The translations under genes and the position numbers were made by a program. This document shows positions 59,691-64,000 of a DNA stretch of 64,000 nucleotides, piece by piece. The notes beneath the pieces are model-generated. The model was not told the origin of the DNA. It saw only the letters and a list, made by a program, of their open reading frames with translations, and ran no database searches. Within the stretch, counting starts at the first letter, position 1. The number at the start of each line of letters is the position of its first letter. Source of the DNA: a candidate division FCPU426 bacterium (GTDB lineage Bacteria; Oederibacteriota; PGYV01; Palsa-1178); assembly GCA_963840035.1 (NCBI GenBank), contig CAWIXE010000002.1, positions 512,001-576,000 of the forward strand, written 5' to 3'.

Positions 59691-60000
59691 CAAGTGCCGG
59701 GCGAGCCGCCGGCTCGCCCGGCACTTGACTTTGTTGGTATGTCTTGTCTTGTTTTCGTAGGGGCGAGCCGGTGGCTCGCCCGGCCTTTGACTTTGTTGGT
59801 ATGTCTTGTCTTGCTTTCGTAGGGGCGAGCCGCCGGCTCGCCCGGCCTTTGACTTTGTTGGTATGTCTTGTCTTGCTTTCGTAGGGGCGAGCCGCCGGCT
59901 CGCCCGGCCTTTGACTTTGTTGGTATGTATTGTCTTGTTTTCGTAGGGGCGATCCGGCCATGTCCGTTGAAGCTTCAGCGAAAACGGATGGCTCGCCCGG
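59691..60000 (+). repeat. Tandem REP array with 62-bp period
   Basis: GTAG at 59757, 59819, 59881, 59943 with near-identical linkers; preceded by a perfect palindrome at 59691-59727. Confidence 0.92.
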
Positions 60001-60165
60001 TTCTTGTTTTAAGCTCTTTAATCAAGCCCGAAGCCTCGCCGCCGATAAAAATGCTTTTAAAGAGACATTAGCAGTAGTATAATATACACATAAAGAAATT
60101 TAAATAGGCGCAGTTGAAAAAAAGCGTCCGGATTTAATTGTGAATATATATCACAGGGAGAAAAA

Positions 60166-60774
60166 ATGACGCATATTGACATAAAAGACATTACCCCGGC
60201 AGAGCTCCGGGCCATACAGGACCATAAGTACTTCATGTCCCAAAAAGAAGGCAAGGAAGTCACCATAGAAGAGGCCATAAAGGATTTTCTTGAAAAATAC
60301 CTGGATGAATGGCGTCTTGAAAAAACCCGTAATGACAACATGGAACAGGTGGCAAAGATAAAGGATTACATGGCAAAAGGCGGCGACCTGGAGGACTGGT
60401 CGGAAGAATACGCGCCGGTATGGAGGACTGAAAGGGAATCCCTGGAAAAAAATCAGTTTCTAAGCCGTGTACTTACGGTCAATATTGACCATGGCCTGCA
60501 TGTCAGGCCTTCGGGAAAATTGGTAACGATAGCCAAGAAATATGACTGTGAGATATATGTCCACAGGGAAGGCATGCAGCACCATAATTTTAAGCTGGAT
60601 GGCAAACCCTTTATGAATGTCAAATCCGTCCTTGCGGCCCTTGAGCTGGTATCAATGTGCGTCTCAAAAGGCGAGAAACTTGAATTTCTGGCATACGGCA
60701 AGCAGGCGGGAGAAGCGCTTGATTCCATAGAAAGGGTCGTCACCAGCAGGCTCGGGGACGTGGATAAAATATGA
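60166..60774 (+). CDS. HPr-family phosphocarrier domain fused to an N-terminal DUF4032-like region
   Basis: C-terminal GLHVRP...NVKS...GKQAGEAL (HPr); N-terminal IQDHKYFMSQKEGKEV..EEA..DF. Confidence 0.75.
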   Translation: MTHIDIKDITPAELRAIQDHKYFMSQKEGKEVTIEEAIKDFLEKYLDEWRLEKTRNDNMEQVAKIKDYMAKGGDLEDWSEEYAPVWRTERESLEKNQFLSRVLTVNIDHGLHVRPSGKLVTIAKKYDCEIYVHREGMQHHNFKLDGKPFMNVKSVLAALELVSMCVSKGEKLEFLAYGKQAGEALDSIERVVTSRLGDVDKI

Positions 60775-62255
60775 TGACTGACAAAGTAAGGTTGTTTTAC
60801 ATATCGTGTGTTGTTTTCATAACGGGAGCGGTCGTGCTTATGCTGGAAATACTCGGGACAAGGATAGTTGCCCCGTATTTCGGGACCACAATATATGTGT
60901 GGTCTTCCCTTATAGGCGTGACATTGCTGGCGCTTACGGCAGGTTATTTTATCGGGGGCAGGCTTGCCGATAAGAATCCGGCGCCTGTAATACTGTGCGC
61001 GATACTGCTGGCCTCAGCTTTTTTTGTTTTTATAATACCTTTTATTTCAAACCCTGTCATGAAGTTCTTAAACGGGGCCGGAGCCAGGGCAGGCAGTCTT
61101 TTAACCGCGGTAGTGCTCTTCGCGCTGCCGCTTTGCCTTCTGGGAATGGTTACGCCATTTGCCCTTAAGTTGGCGATAAAAGATGTAGGTTCCGCAGGAA
61201 GCGTTTCAGGCATGCTTTATGGGATATCAACAATAGGCAGTTTTGCAGGCGCAATATCAGCGGGGTTTTACCTCATCCCCATGCTGGGCATAAATATAAT
61301 TATTGATATAATGGCGGGCGTATTATGCGCCGCAGCCCTTATATGGCTGGCCATGTCAGGCAAGCCAAAATTGCCGGTTTTTTTTCTGCTTCTGATAGCA
61401 GTAATACTTGTTTTAAAACCGCATGAAGGCGGCTTCCTTAAGCAGGGAGGAACGACAGTTATTTATGACAGGCAGTCTGCGTACGCTCGGATAAAGGTTG
61501 TGGACTATATGAGGACGCTGCGGGCTCTGTTAATCGACGGGTCAATACAAACTTTATACGACAAAAGAAAAGATGAATTTTGGGTAAGTTACATGAAAAT
61601 GTTTGAAAATTCGCTCCTAATGCAAGGCGCCCCAAAGACCGCCCTCATAGTCGGCCTTGGCGGAGGCGGGTTTGATATAATACTTAAGAAAAAGGGACTT
61701 GATGTGGATAACGTGGAGATAGACCCGGTTATCGCGGAAATTGCCGCAAAGTACTTCGGTTTCAGCGGAAATGTCATAATTGACGACGGCAGGCATTACA
61801 TAAGAAATACAAAAAAAAGGTATGATATGGTGTTTGTGGACGCGTTTTCAGGATACAGCATTTACCAGTATATACTTTCAAAAGAATCAATAGAAGAGAT
61901 TAAAACCGTCCTGAACCCGGGCGGAATGCTGGTAATAAACCTCATAGGGACAACGACCGGAGACACAAAAAAAGCTGAGCTTTCAGACGGTTTAACCGCC
62001 GCTGTTTATGCCACAGCGGCAACCGCATTTAAGAATGTTAAGCTAAAATGCGACGATATAGGGCTTGCCAATGTGGTTGTTTACGCCTCGGAAAAGGATT
62101 TTAAGACAAGCCCCCTATATATAGACGCGTACTCGAATAAACAGGGGACAGTGCTGACGGATAATTATAATCCGGCAGAGTCGCTGATGTTAGGGACGTC
62201 GGAAAAATGGAGAAATGAGTATGATGAGAGGGCCGGCAAGATAATACCCATGTAA
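60771..62255 (+). CDS. Fused membrane / spermidine-synthase-like methyltransferase
   Basis: TM region with EILGTR..APYFG; GLGGG, VEIDP, DGR.Y, VDAF, LTDNYNP. Confidence 0.88.
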   Translation: MMTDKVRLFYISCVVFITGAVVLMLEILGTRIVAPYFGTTIYVWSSLIGVTLLALTAGYFIGGRLADKNPAPVILCAILLASAFFVFIIPFISNPVMKFLNGAGARAGSLLTAVVLFALPLCLLGMVTPFALKLAIKDVGSAGSVSGMLYGISTIGSFAGAISAGFYLIPMLGINIIIDIMAGVLCAAALIWLAMSGKPKLPVFFLLLIAVILVLKPHEGGFLKQGGTTVIYDRQSAYARIKVVDYMRTLRALLIDGSIQTLYDKRKDEFWVSYMKMFENSLLMQGAPKTALIVGLGGGGFDIILKKKGLDVDNVEIDPVIAEIAAKYFGFSGNVIIDDGRHYIRNTKKRYDMVFVDAFSGYSIYQYILSKESIEEIKTVLNPGGMLVINLIGTTTGDTKKAELSDGLTAAVYATAATAFKNVKLKCDDIGLANVVVYASEKDFKTSPLYIDAYSNKQGTVLTDNYNPAESLMLGTSEKWRNEYDERAGKIIPM

Positions 62256-62303
62256 ATTTAAGCGGCAAAACACTTTTTACAATAACTTGCTTTTGTATGC
62301 TCT

Positions 62304-62711
62304 ATGAGTTATACTATGTATATGGATAATACTATGGGGTTACAGCAGGGGCCTGAGCGAAGGCTTTTTAAACGGCTCAATACGCGAATACCGGTTCAAT
62401 ATGAAATATTTCCCGTTATGTCACAGGCGATCAGTTCAAGGATGAAAAAACAGGTCAAAACCGCCGAAGTTGAGAACATAAGCGAAGGCGGAGCCCTTTT
62501 ACTGATGGATGTGGAAATTCCTCCCGAGCAAATAATCAGGTTCTACATTAACCTGGATGAATATTCCGTTAAAATATGCGCGTATGCCAATGTGCGCTGG
62601 TCAAAGTACGAACCAGAGCTGCAAAAATACCGCGTAGGGATGAAGTTTTATTATTTGAAGGACGCGCACAGGGAAGCGATTAAGAGGATAATAAAGGAAA
62701 AGATGAACTAA
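62304..62711 (+). CDS. PilZ domain protein
   Basis: ERRLFKR and NISEGG motifs. Confidence 0.88.
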   Translation: MSYTMYMDNTMGLQQGPERRLFKRLNTRIPVQYEIFPVMSQAISSRMKKQVKTAEVENISEGGALLLMDVEIPPEQIIRFYINLDEYSVKICAYANVRWSKYEPELQKYRVGMKFYYLKDAHREAIKRIIKEKMN

Positions 62712-62861
62712 AAGCCCGCGTTTAGGCCCCTTCCGGATATAATTTACCTTGATAAATCCAAACAGGATTGATAATATAATATATCCTTTTAGATTAATAA
62801 ATTTGAGCTTTTGAGCCTGGAGACAGGAGACAAAAGTTATAAAAAGACACGGAGGAAATAG

Positions 62862-64000
62862 ATGCTTGAAGTCAAACTTGCTGGGTATAATGCGGACGCT
62901 GACATAATAAACAAGCTGAAGAAAAACGGCTGGGACGGGAAGAATAATATCTCACCCGAGACCATTTCCGCGGCATATGCCAGGATAAGCAGGGACCCAA
63001 GGCCGGTAACCGAACTCAGGGCTGATTCCCTTGAAGAAGTGGATAAAGCAAGAAAGTCAAATGAGAACATTGTATTTAAAATGGGCCACCATTCCGTGGC
63101 TGAGCACGCATACCTGAACTTTGACATACTCGGCCTCTCCAGGCTGGCTGTGGAATCGCTTCAGGAAGCCAGGCTTTGTTCATATACCGAGAAATCACAG
63201 AGGTATATTACCCTTGAGGGCGACTATGTCTCGCCGAAGGAATTTTCTGTCCCTGAAAAGAAGATATTTGACGCCGCGGTTTCAACGCAGGTTGAGGCTT
63301 ATAAGAAGCTTTTTCCAATCCTTCATGAATTCCGCAAGAAGCAGTATCCAAAACAGCTTGAGACAAAATCAGGGCAGAACCTGCTTGAAGGCTGGGCCAA
63401 AGAGGACGCGCGCTACGCGTTATGCCTGGCAACCGAGTGCCAGCTTGGCTTCTCCTCAAACGCGAGGAACTTAGAGCACATTATAAGGAAGCTTAAATAC
63501 CATCCGCTTGCTGAAGTGCGACAGTTGGGAGCGGCATTATATGAAAAGGCCAGGGATATTGTGCCGTCGCTTGTGATACTTTCAGATCCGGAAGCCTTTA
63601 AAAAGCAGTTCGGCGCTGAAGTCTCGGACGGGCTTTTAAAAGACGGCAGGGAAAAAGCTTTGTCAGCCGTAAAAAAATACATGAAGGCCGGAAAAGCAAA
63701 GTCGAAAAAGCAGTCTTTTGTCAGCCTGATTGACCATACTGATTCACCGGACACAAAGGTAATCGCGGCAATGATGGCAGGCTATTCAGACAAACCTTAC
63801 ACGGATTGCCTGGCTGCGGCAAAGAAACTCGGTAAGAAAGGAAGCGCTGATTTTGTAAAGGCAATATTTAAAGGGCTCAATGAACATGATTCGCTTTACA
63901 GGGAATTTGAATCTGTGAATTTTGTATTTGATGCGGTAATGAGTTCAAGCGCGTTTGCACAGATGAAACGCCACAGGATGATGTCCATATTCAAGCAGCA
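62862..64000 (+). CDS. thyX: Flavin-dependent thymidylate synthase, long two-domain form, truncated at window end
   Basis: Translated by hand (not in the ORF track): ggagg RBS, AYARISR, MGHHSVAEHA, YTEKSQRY and a later QMKRHR. Confidence 0.88.
   Translation, partial: MLEVKLAGYNADADIINKLKKNGWDGKNNISPETISAAYARISRDPRPVTELRADSLEEVDKARKSNENIVFKMGHHSVAEHAYLNFDILGLSRLAVESLQEARLCSYTEKSQRYITLEGDYVSPKEFSVPEKKIFDAAVSTQVEAYKKLFPILHEFRKKQYPKQLETKSGQNLLEGWAKEDARYALCLATECQLGFSSNARNLEHIIRKLKYHPLAEVRQLGAALYEKARDIVPSLVILSDPEAFKKQFGAEVSDGLLKDGREKALSAVKKYMKAGKAKSKKQSFVSLIDHTDSPDTKVIAAMMAGYSDKPYTDCLAAAKKLGKKGSADFVKAIFKGLNEHDSLYREFESVNFVFDAVMSSSAFAQMKRHRMMSIFKQ

Noticed and set aside
59620..59961. 113-aa repetitive ORF on the minus strand (similar ORFs at 3508-3711, 32956-33138, 48145-48330)
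   Set aside because: These are translations of REP repeats with no independent coding evidence.
59691..60000. CRISPR array
   Set aside because: The linkers between palindromes are nearly identical rather than unique spacers, the repeat is the GTAG REP found around the RAYT, and there are no cas genes in the window.

Overview
A bacterial chromosomal segment from a diderm (lipid A-making), probably anaerobic organism; I cannot assign the taxon from sequence alone. Most of it is housekeeping: a PyrR-attenuated pyr/car operon, bamA-skp-lpxD-lpxC-fabZ-lpxA-lpxI plus a DegT-type aminotransferase, smc-ftsY-recJ, yceD-rpmF-plsX-fab-acpP-rnc running into acyl-CoA dehydrogenase-etfBA, ppdK and a truncated thyX. 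Accessory content is an NHEJ cluster (two Ku genes, split LigD, DUF72), a RAYT transposase with many GTAG-type REPs, a probable RelBE-like TA pair and a tRNA 3' fragment. The most unusual signal is a family of degenerate 7-bp tandem repeats at about ten intergenic junctions, usually just after a stop codon and often as inverted arm pairs. One pair encloses a four-helix-bundle (23S-IVS-protein/Avd-like) gene, two pairs of the same heptamer family are empty, and one array sits in frame inside pyrK. This looks like a poorly described mobile or intervening-sequence system. Other notable items are small hairpin inserts nested inside REPs, REP-delimited cassette-like orphan genes, an rnc gene without a canonical start codon, a secreted pentein enzyme and a DUF4032-like/HPr fusion. 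Three single-base frameshifts (pyrB, lpxI, LigD polymerase) are probably sequencing errors.
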